From: a virus
DNA: 64,000 nt
IMG/VR virus record: IMGVR_UViG_3300013101_002049
Location: 1 to 64,000 of that record
Strand: one strand, 5' to 3'
Shown: one piece after another, positions 28,607 through 40,600 of the stretch
Position numbering within the stretch: the stretch's first letter is position 1
Layout: every line of letters begins with the position of its first letter
Notes under the pieces: model-generated
Database searches by the model: none
The model's input: the letters and a program-made list of their open reading frames with translations, nothing else
What the model was told of the DNA's origin: nothing
Made by a program: the position numbers and the translations under genes

Positions 28607-31600
28607 TTGCCAGTCCAAGAGTTCAATTTTAATATAAAATCACAACCTATTGGAGATGAGGCTAAAAGTCTTATCAAAGCATTAAATGATTTGAAACAAA
28701 TCATAACCACTAAGCAACCGACTTCTGTGGATGTGGATACGTCTGCTCTTGAAAAGTCAATTAATAAACTTATTAGCAGTTTAGACAAACAAAGTGGTGA
28801 TTTTGGTAAGAAACTAAAAGAAGTAGCCGGTCAGCTCAAAGTTACATCAAAAGTTGAAGGTGCTGTCTCAACTCCGGATATAAAGCTATTAGATCAAAGT
28901 TTGAAAACTTTATCTAAAAAATTAGATAAACTTTCTGCGGAAGATTTGTCTAAAAAAGTGGCTATAGTTGATTTAGAAACTGCTCCAGTAAAACGTGGTG
29001 GCAAGTTAGCTGGCAAAACAGACTTTATTACTCAAGTAGGTGTTATTGAAGCTACGCTTAAAGATATTCTTACTAAAACCGCTGAGGAGTTACAAAAAGC
29101 TGGTAAGATTAAAGAGATTAATATTAAGCCATCTGCTGGTATGACAGAAGCGGATTATAAAAAGATATTTGAAGATATTGTTAAAAAAGGATTTAAACCT
29201 GTAGATTTTAATAAGTTAGTTCAACAAGGTAAACCTTTCGAAGAAGCTATGAAGGAAGTCGGTGATATTCTTAAGGATTCGGCTATTGTTGCAGGTCATA
29301 ATTTAGTTAGTTTTGATGCCAAGGTGCTTGATGCGGCTTTAAAACAAGCTAAAGTAGATATAGATCTTGCTGGTAAAGAGTATTTAGATACAGTAAGAGA
29401 AGCTAGAAAAGCATTTCCAACCCGTAAAAGTCACGCATTGGAATCTTATGAAAAAGATTTAGTTGATGCGGGAAAGACATATAGTGGTGTGGCTCATGAA
29501 GCAGCTCATGATGTTGCTGTTACTGCGGATGTTATGAAAGCGTTGGCTAAAAGTAGTAAAGAATTAGAAGCTGCTGAAAATAATTTAGGTAATTTATTTG
29601 AGCAAGTTTCAAATAAAATAACCGGATTGTTTACATCATTAACTAGAACAGAAGAAAATCTGAGTAATTTTAGTGATATTATATCGAAAGATGTTAATGC
29701 TTTTAAAGCATTTAATAATACTGTTACAGCTACAGATCAAAGTTTGGCTGAATTGACAGGTAAAGCTGATCAAGCAGCAAGAATTACTTCTGATTATGCT
29801 AAGAAGGCTAAAATTCAAATAGATGATCTTGCTAAAGTTAGATCTATGCAGGCTGCTGTATTTAAAGAGTCAACAGTTTATCCTACTGGACCTGATGTAT
29901 CATATAAGCAAACTTTTTATCCTGGTGTTAAGGCAATTAAAAAGATGGAAGTTCTTGTTGATAATTTGTCTAAATCACTAAATAAACTTCAAACAAATAT
30001 TGTTAAATCATTAGAAGGTGGTTTACGAAGTGGATGGAAAGTTCTTCAGGGTGAGCAAGGCGAAAAATTTCAACTTGGTAAAGGTGGTAGAGAATGGGAA
30101 CTTACTGTTGTAGATGTAAATAAAATACGTAGACAGTTAAAGCAGTTTAATGTAAATTTGGGCCCTGATGTTGATCCTAGAGACGCTATTCAAGCTTATA
30201 AAGAAGCTTTTGTTAAAAGAGAAGAGAGTCGTACAGAAACAAGGGAAGATGTTGCTGCTAAGGTAGAACGGTGGTTATCTCGTGTAAATCCAGAAGATTT
30301 AAGTAAATTTTCTGATACTACTAAATTATTAGCTGAACAAGTAAAAGGCGGTAAACTTACTGGAGCACAATTGGCGAATGCTCCTGCCCTACAAGATATT
30401 TATAAAGCTACTGTTTTAGAAACTAAGGCGATTGATGATTTACGTAAACAATTTTTTAAAACTATAACAGTACCAGCTGCCAGATTGACAGCACAGGGTA
30501 CTTTAGGTATAGAAACTAAATATGGAGCAGAAAGATCACTTGCTAATTTTGCTACCATAACAACTGGTTTAGAAAGATTGGCACAAGAATTTAAATTACT
30601 TGGTGGTGATTATAATGAATATTTACGTCAACTTAATAGAATAACTGAATTACCTTTTAGACCGGATCCATCAAAACAACCTGAAAAATTTAAAGCTACT
30701 GGAGATTTAGCTACTGAATTAATACAAAGAGTTAAATCAGTTGGTGGTAAAGAACTTATTTATAAAGGTTTGAGCGAAGCCGTGCAGTTACGTATGACTG
30801 AACGTGGTATGCCGACAGAGGGTTTTGATACTACTTATAGATCATTGGCTCAATTAGAGGAACAAGCATCTAAATTGGGTGTAACATCTTTGGACGTTGC
30901 TAAAGCGTTAGACCAAGTAAATTTTGAAAATTTTTATGATGTGTTAGATAGATTATATCAAACTGGTAAAACCCCGTTTATAACTGAAAAAGCTAAAGGT
31001 ATTAGTGGGGTAGAAGGAGAACGAAGTGTAAGACAGATAGCAAAAATAAAAGACGAATTATTAGGTATAATGCCGTTAGTTGAACCTGGTAGACCTAAAA
31101 GGCGCGCTTATGACGAGGAAGTTGTTAAAATTTTAACTCGTAAGGTAGCCAGTGCTAGCCCTTACGCCACTACTTTAAGACCTGAAGAACAGAAAAAACA
31201 TATAGTAGATGTTGCGTTAGCTTGGCAAGAAATGGCTGATAACGCTCGTAAATTAGGTAGAGCTGGTTTATATGCTAATGCACCAGGCTTAGGTATTCCT
31301 GAAGCGAAGCCTATTGATCTTAGTGACTCCGCTAGTTCTCAAATTAATGAGTTTAATAAAACTTCTACATCAGCGTTGAGGGATTTAAATAAAACCGTAG
31401 TAAGTGCTAGTACGGCAGGTATTCGTGGATTGGCGCCTTTTGAAAAATTTAGTTCTATTAGTCGTCAAATGTCTTATTCAGCTAACGCGCTGGCTGGTGC
31501 ACTTCCTAAAGGTGGTTTTGAATTACCTTCTCTTGTAAGTGAACGTGAGAAGGGTATGATTGAAGCAGGTAAATACGGAAAAGGTGGTTATGGTTTAAAT

Positions 31601-34600
31601 GTGTTAACCGAGCTACGTAATACTGCCGCAACATTTGAAGATCAAATAGTTATTTCTGGTAGATTAGCCGAAGCTTTTACTCGTATAGTTAAACCTTTAG
31701 TTGGACCTGCGGCGTCCATGATACAAGATATTGGCGAGATGGAACGTGGTAAATTAGTAGGTGTTACTGCTAGAGGTAAAGCTTTAGAAGCCGAAGCTAG
31801 AGGTATGGATCCAAAAGATTTTGAAAAATTGGTAGGTAAAGTAACTTCTAAATATCAAGATATACTTGGAGTGCCTAAGACATACCAAGGTCGAGCTGAT
31901 GTTGCTCAAATATCAGAAGAAATACAAAATGTAATGCGTATGCATCGCGGAGAATCAATAGAGGTTCAAACCGCAAAGTTAAGTGAAACATTTTTAAATT
32001 ACTTTGGTCGTAAATTGTCCACTAGATTTGGAACTAAAGGTGTTTCAGTTACTCCTGGTAAAATTCCTACAGATATACAAGAAATTCAAGATGTAGCTAA
32101 AGCTATGGCTGGTGGTTTAGTGGCTAAAGTTGAACCTGGCGCAGGGCTTGGTTTTGCTAAAATGCCTAAAAGTGTCGGCGAGATGATATCCGATATGTTA
32201 GAAAAGACTTTGTCAGGCGAAGATCTTGGTTGGGCAGATATGTTTAGTCAAGAAATACTTGACGATTTAATAACAAGATTACGTGCATCTGGTAATAAAT
32301 TTATAGTAGATTTATTTACTGAAGCTAGTTACGGTATAGTTTCTAAAGAAGAAGCTGAGAAACAAAAGAAATTATTTTCAGAGACAGCTAATGTTTATAG
32401 TGAACTTTTTGGTAAGTCTTTAATGGGCGGTGTTAAAGGCATAGAACAAGTTCAAGAGGACTATGTTGATAAATTAGGTCAAGCACCTTTTAAATTACAA
32501 CCTATTGAAGCCCGTATCAGTGCTCGTGGTGTAGCTAAACGCGGGTTGATGCCAGAAGTACTTGAAGGTATGGTTAATAATTTAATTGGATCTTTAGAAG
32601 AGTCTACAGCTATAAAAGATGTTGATTTAACTGCTGATCCTGGTGTTCGTAAAAAGATGAATGATTATTTACGAGCATTAACTTATTCAGCATTGGATTC
32701 GGCAGAGCAAAAAGCTGTAACTAAAAGATTAAGAGCTGAAGGTGCTAGTGAACAAGACATAGAACGTTTAAAAGATTTTGAAAAACAATGGTCTGTGTAT
32801 ACTGACATAGTTAATGAGTATGGAAAGACTATGAAGAGTTTTGTTTCTCCAAAGTTTTTGCAAATTGTGGAGGAACCTCATCTATTTAAGGAATGGTCAG
32901 AACGTGATATTTCTAAAGGTGTACGTGGGGAAAAATTAAATTTTCAAGCTTTTGCCGCTTATGCTGGTATTTTTGGTGAAGGTTCTAAAATGATGGAGGA
33001 ATTGTCTGGGGCTACATCGTTAGCGTCTCGTGAAGGATGGGAACTAATACGCGCTTTACAAATGTTAGACCCATCTATGAAAGATTTAGCTAAAACTATG
33101 ACCGAAAGTTTGAAAACTGTGAAGTTAAGTGATGTGGATGTTTTCACTGGTCGTACAGCAGAAATTGGAGAACTAGAAGAGACTATTTTTGATGTTGGTA
33201 AATTTCCAGCACCTTTTAAATTAAAAATTCCATCTACTGCTCCGGGTAAATTGGGTGAATTTGAAGATCTTTATGTACCTGGACCTGCCGCACGCGCCAC
33301 TTATGCTGAAGAATTGATGGGAGGACGCGTATCCCCTACGAATATAGCAAGATATTTGAGTAATTTAGTTGAAAGGGCTAAAAACGTTGAAAATTTGATG
33401 GCGCTTTCTAAGGAAGGCGAGTTGGATCTAAACGATGAATCGGCTCGAAAATTCGCTAATACAATAAGAGCAGAGCTTACTGAAAAATTAACTTCTACTT
33501 ATAAAGAATTTGCAGGCATTGAGCAGAAACAAGTTGTTACTCCTGCAAATATTGAATTTATGCAGAGCTATATAGATCAATTGAAAAAATCTCTTTCTCC
33601 AGTACGTCATGTAGCCCCAATATATATGACTGCTGAAGCTAAGCGTGGTAATTTAAGGTCTCAAACGGAATTAGAGTCCGTGGAATCTTACGAGCGCCAG
33701 TTAAGAAAAACAGATCCTGGCAAAATGTATAGTAAACTGCTTAGTCGTATTATGGATATTTTAATTGGAGCTCAGCCAGAATCATTGAAAGCTGAGGAAT
33801 CAAAGATAGAAAGGGCTAGGAAGAAATTTACAGAAACTGGTGATGTTCCTAAAGAATATGCTAAGCAATTTCAAAATTTGGGTAAGTTTTATGAAAATGA
33901 TTTTGATAAAATGTTGGCTGCTTTTCAAAAACGTGTTGAAGAACGACGCGCTGCTAGAGCCGCATTTGATATAGAATTAGAAGCAGGTAATTTAAAAGAA
34001 TTTTCTGAAAACGTCGGTCTTAATTTACATATGACTGTTAAGGAATCTTTAGAAAGAGCTTTGCAGTCGTTAAGTCGTGCACGAGTTTCTTATTATGAAG
34101 AATTAGCTAAACAAGTTATTGGTCCAAAACATGGTATAGAACAAACATTTTTCCAAAGAACTATCCCATTTAGTGTAACGGCTAAAGCGGTAACTGCTGT
34201 TACTGATAAAACCAAAGAGCTCGATAAAGCTATCACCAATTTGTCTAGCAGAAGTGGGTCTAATTTTGATAACATAATCGATAAACTTAAAGAAATAAAA
34301 AAAGAACATGTTGATTATATAGCAAAAGCCAAACAATTGGGTATGCCAGTACTTAAAGAAGGTGAGATTGGTATACATCCTGAGATGGCTGAACAAATTA
34401 AATTAAAGCAAGCGGGCCGAGAAACTGATTTATCTAAATTACTTTCAGAACAATTAGAAGAAGCTTATGTGACTACTGTACGATATCCATTTACAGGAAC
34501 ACTCAGTGTTCAACCTCATAAAGCTAAATTAATGGAAACCGGATTAGCCAGACAGTCATTGGCTGTACCTGGTGCACCAGAAATGAATATAGCTTCTATG

Positions 34601-37600
34601 ACAGAAGAAGTTGTTAAGCCGTTAAGAGAACATATCGATAAATTGGTAGCTGAACGGGAACAACTATGGGAGCGTGGTGGTGATGATGCCGCACAAAAAG
34701 CTGCCGAGTTGTCTAAAGAAATAGAGGGTTTAATATCATTAACTAAGGAGTTGACGCCTAAGTTTGTTAATATGGAACAGAAGCTTGACTTTGATGGTGA
34801 TGCATTATTTTTGCATACTGGTCAAGTTGAAGATTCTCGTATGGAGATTAAGAAGCATTTTGAAGCACTAGGTGATGATGTTACATCTGTGAGATCTTTG
34901 TTTAACACATTATTTACTGCCGTAGAAGAAACTAATGTAAAAGCTCTTTCTGAAATGGCTTATATATTCGGTAAGAAGCAGCCAATGGAAAAGGGCTTTA
35001 AATTTTTGGAAAAGCCTTATATTGAAAAAGAAGTATCTAATCTTGGTTTAGATGAAGTATTTAAATCTTTGTCTACGTATGAATCTAAAAAACCAGAAAC
35101 TGATGTTGATTTTAAAAATTGGGTTTCTAAATATTTAACAGAAAATGTTTTTCCTGAAGTATTTAGAAAAGCCGGTGGTACTGAAGCCGAAAGAGCCGCA
35201 TTTGCCGGAAAAGCTACTGCTGCTTTTGCGGGCGGGGGAGCTGGCATCCCTATGGGGCCTGGTGCTGGTGAGTTTGAAAAAACTGCATCTAAATTATTGG
35301 AAGAATTAATTAGGCGTCGTTTATGGGAACAAAAATATAGTGATGCTATTGTTGGTCAGTTATATAAATTACAAACTGGTCAGACTGTTGAAGGTATTAG
35401 TAGAGTAGCTCGTTTAACTGAGCTTGAAACTGGTTTCGGCGCTGGTTTAGCTGGAACTGGTAAGCGTAAATTTGAACCCGCTACGGAATTTTTAGAAAGA
35501 TGGCCTAAGGAAAGTATAGTATTAGGAAATAGACCTGTTCAAGAATTTGCAGCTCGTATGAATGAAATTTTAAGATTTGTTATTCAAAAAGGTCTTGATG
35601 AAAAACACGCTGGTGTAGAGGCAGTTGGTAAACACATTATAGCTAATGTTGGCAAAAAAGGTGGAGCCGAAGCTATAATGAATATTATGGAGAAAGAGGA
35701 AGATCAGTTTAAGGATTTATGGAAGTTTAATGATCAGATAAAACAAGAAGCTAAACTTAGATTAGGTAAACATCCTACTGAAACTCTTCGTGAAGAATTA
35801 AAGAGATTTCAACCAGATATAGCTGAAGATATGTTAGCTGGGATGTCTCGACAAGAATTAATTGATAGAATTACTAAACAAATAGATTTAAGTGCTGTAT
35901 TTGAAGAACTGTTTAGAATGATTAAGAGACAAGCTATTAAAGGTTACGTTAAAGAATTACGTGGTGGATTAGAAGATCTACCAGTTGAGCAACGAGCTAA
36001 AACTGAAGCGGAAGTAGCTCGTATGGGTGGATTTGAACCTTATGCTCGTAAAAAGATAGAAGAAGAATCTATGGAAGATAGGGGTATTAGCATATTAAAA
36101 TATGTTACTACCAATTTAGAGCCATTATATAAACTACGTACTAGTATGGAAACCATTGGTACTGTAGGTAGTCGTGCTGGTATAAAACCTGATGTTGATA
36201 TTATTTTACCAGAGCAGAAAAGAGAAGCTGAACGACTTAGTGATGTTTATGAGAATACTTTAAAAACCGCTTATGTATTATCTAGGTCTATGAAAGGTAT
36301 TGTTTCTGGGGCTCAAGGTGGCGCCCATTCTATGATGGTATTAAGCTCTGTTCAAAAAAGATTGGAAGAGCTTAGTGCTATAGCTAAGAGGGCGGAAGAC
36401 CTCGGAGTGCCTATGGCAGCAGAAGCCCCAATACCAACAAAACGTATGGAATATGCTGGTGGCGCCTATATGGCAGAGGCTCCTACTCTTTTTGAGGATA
36501 TATGGTCTAAAGCTTTGATGTCTCAAACTAGATTGGGACCAATAGAACAATTAGATCCTTTAGAATCATGGAATAAAAATATAGAACGTTTAAATAAAGT
36601 TAAAAAACAAACTGAGAGTGAGTTAGAAAATTTATCTCAAACTCTTGGTATTCCTATGATTGGTAAGGAAGAAAAGAGTAAAGTTTTCTTTGAATTTGGT
36701 GAAAAAAACGAAGATGTAGTAAAAGCAATAGATCTTAGATCTAAGGCGTTTGGTGAATTTCTTTCAACTAAGCAACCAGAATTAACACCGGAAGAAGTAA
36801 GAAAATCAACAGATGAATATGCTAAATTTATGACTGATTTACTTAAGTTTCAGGTATCAATGTCTGAACAGGCTAGACGTGTATCTGAAGCTATGAAGGC
36901 AGTTCCATTTCAGAAAACCTATCTAGAAAAATCATTCGCTGGCTTGGCTTCTCGAGCCGGAAAATCCCCAACCGAAATAGCAAATGAAATGTCATCTATG
37001 GAAGAGTCATCTTCTAAAGCATTTGATAAAGAGATAGTTGCTAAAAGAGAACGACGTTTGCAAGATATACAAGATTATTTTGCTAAGCAACGAACATCAA
37101 CAGCTCAATCTATGATAGATGTAGCAGCTACTGATCAACCGCAGGTAATACCTGATAGAGATCTTGCTGATAAGGTTAGACAGGCTGCACAGGATTCTAT
37201 ACAACAAATAGCTGAGGTTGTTAATGAAACGGTTGTGTATAAAACTCGTCAGGCTTTGAAAGGTTTGGAGCGTAGAGCTGGCGGTGGTGCTTCGGCTGGT
37301 GGTGAGGAAAAAAGATTAGCTGAATTATATCGTGCTAGTGGTATAGCTGGTGGTGGCGGTTACGGAGGTGTGCCACAACCAGAGGCTATTTTAAGACAAA
37401 TGCTCGGGTTAACTGAACCTAATATGCTTATGGAAGCAACTGCTTTTAGAGGCACTGCTTTACATAGACGTAAGCAATTAGAGATGGGCCGTAAGTATAA
37501 ACAATTTGGTGGTTTTGAGTTAGAAGGTTTGACCAGATATATTGAAGAGGGCCAAGATTTAATGACTGGGCATTTTGATGTAATTTATAAAGAATCTGAA

Positions 37601-40600
37601 GATGCTCAGAGAAAATTGGCCGATATTAAAACTATTTATAGTGGTAGAACATTTAAAGCATTGGAAACTTTAGCTAATAATATTAGTAAAGGCGGTATAA
37701 CTTTAGATTCAGCGTTAAAGAAATTTGAAGAAAGTCAATCGGCTTTTGACAAAGAGTTAGCTAGAAGATTGAATAGTTATATTAGTCAAATTAATTTTTA
37801 TTTAGAATCTAATAAAGACGCTATTGGAGAAATTATTGTAGTTAGTGCGGAAGATCCTACTAAGGAAGCTAAAATCGAAATTGGTGGATTTGATCCAGCA
37901 TTATTTGCTAAGGATATTCAAGTAGTAAAAGATGCGAAAATGAAAGTAGCTGAATTATTAGAGGCATTATCTAAAACAGATGATCCTGAAACAATAAAAT
38001 CTTTATTTAGTGATTATAGAGGTGTCTATGAAGCTTTAGTTGATAAGTTAGGTGAAGTTACATTTGAAACCGTATCAGCCGCATTGCCCACCAGACCTAC
38101 TTTTGAAGTACTTGAACAGTCACGTTTAAAAAGTTGGGAAGAATTTGCTTCCACTTTGAATAAGGAAGATCAAGATTTATTTGAAAAGCTAAGCGCTGAA
38201 TATTTAACAGCGTTTGAAAGAATGCGTGGTCCTCGTGCTGAGAAAGTATTTAAGAAATGGCGTATGGAAGGTGTTCCAGCTGGTGGTGCGGGAGCTCCAC
38301 CTGCGGGGGGAGCTCCTCCTGGTGGTGCTGGAGGCGGCGACGGTTTTGATGATGATGAGTTTAGTGAGTTTAATAAAAAAATACAAGCCATTTTAAATAA
38401 GTTGCGTCAGGGTATTGAAATTGATCCAAGCGAAATACTTAAATTAATGGAATTGTATGAACAGGCTCGTAGAAAGTTTAACGAATTGATGGGTAGTAGA
38501 GATCCAAAATTATTTAAGGATATGACTGCTAAATATCAAAAATTAATCGAGGAAATTAAACAAACAGTATCTACAGAATATAAAGGTGGATTTGAATCAG
38601 CTTATAGAATGTATAATATGCGAGAAAAAGTTGATTCTAATATGGCTGATAATCTTAAAAAGATGGAGAAAGATTATAGTCGATTCAGAACTTTAGATAT
38701 TGAAACTGAAGCACCAGATAGACCGGAAGCAATGCATAAGAATTTAAAGGCTTTATTTGAAGTGGCTCGTCGAAGACATGGTCTTGTTGGATCTGATACT
38801 AAAAAGTTTGGTGCTGATATTGAAAGCTTGATTAAATCAGTGACAGAAGAAGGACCTGGTTTAGATATTTCACGTCAAATAATAGCTGCAGTAGATAAAC
38901 TTCCTAAAGAAAAACGTGGATACACAGTAAGTATATGGAAACATTATAGGAAGGCTGTAAGTGAATACTTTTTGAAAGAATTAGATAGATTACAAGAAGA
39001 AATTGAAAGTGCTCGAACTGAAGATGAGGCTCGTGAATCTTATGCTCAATATGAAAAAACACTTCGTCATTTTAGAGAAACTATAGTTAAAAATTTGGGT
39101 AAAGTTAGTGATATATATACTGAAAAAGCATTTGGTGGAACTCGTGAATTTGTAGATCCTGGGTTGGCTAAATTAACTGGTACTTTTAGAACTAAGGATG
39201 AAATCTCTGAAATTGCTCGAGCAAGTTCGAGATTATCAGGTGAGTTTCAACCTATAGTTGATATGCTTATAGGTGAAGGTTCTGGGGAAGATATCGAAGC
39301 ATTAGTGCCGCCTATTGAAAAAGTGCGACGTGCATTCGAAATGTTGACTTCTGATGCAGAGGAATTTAAAAAGACGTTAACTGATGAAGATGCTTTTAGA
39401 AGATTTGGTGATCAAATAGCTAAACAGTGGGATTTTACTAAAACTGTTAAAGGTGTTACTCAGTTAAGAGCCGCTTTAGAATCCTGGAATAGAATGCAAG
39501 TAGCAGGTATTGGTGATGTTGGTCCGAGTGCTTCTTATACCGAAGCTCAACGTAAAAATATTGAAGAGACTATTAAATTATTGAGACAGTTGGAGAAATC
39601 ATTTGTACCAACTGGTGGGACGGCTGCGTCCGAAATGGGTTTGGTAGGAGTACCCGGATTTTTGTCTACTTCCGAACAAGAGGCTTTACATAAAAGAAAT
39701 ATAGCAATGACTCGTAAGTATTTTGCTACTCCTGAAGAGGAAGGCGGACCAGAGAGAGGCCGTGCATTTACTTATAGATATAAAATAGTAGATCCTTCCA
39801 CAAAGCAAATAGTTCGTAATGTAGCGGAAGAGTTTAGAGGTCTTGGTGATACTGTTGATAGTACTGGTAGAAAGATGGGTGTATTTAGACAGAGAACTGA
39901 AGACCTATTAAAACAATTCCAGGAAAGACGTGGATTTGGTCAGGCATTCGGTCGTGTTATTAGATGGGGTTTGGCAAGTAATGTGGTTTATGGGTCTGTT
40001 AAAGCTCTTAAAGGTATGGTTAATGTTATAAGTGATGTAGAATATGGTATCGCTGTTTTACGTCAAGTTATGAGCCCTCTTGAAAGTGATTTTGAAGGTA
40101 TTACTATGGCAGCAGTGGATTTTGCTAAAGAGTTTGGATTGCCTATTAGAAATGTTATAGATTCTATGAGGGTGTTTGCTCAGCAAGGTTTGGCACAAGC
40201 AGATGTTATTGATAGGACTAGAACGTCTACTTTAGCTGCGAACGTTACCACATTAAATGCGGCAGATGCTACAGAAGCTTTGACAGCTGCAACAAAAGTT
40301 TATGGTTTACAAGGTCAGAGTACTCTTAGATTTTTAGATTCATGGAGTCAAGTAGAAGCTCGACACGCTATTACATCTGCTGATTTAGCGAATGCGTTGA
40401 AAAAGGCTGCGGCAGCTGCTAAAACATCTGGTGTGGATTTTGATCAGTTGAATGCAATTGTTACTGGTATCGGCGAAACTTCACGTCAAACTGGTAAGGA
40501 AATTGGTACTTCATTGAGATTTATGTTTAGAAGGCTACAAGGTGAAAAAGGTCCTAAAGAACTTGGTAAAATAGGTGTTCCGGTTCTTACACCTCAAGGT

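Noticed and set aside
37320-37930. CRISPR-Cas system suggested by the Cas4-like motif
   Set aside because: No repeat-spacer array or other cas genes are visible, and the domain lacks the Cas4 Fe-S cysteines.
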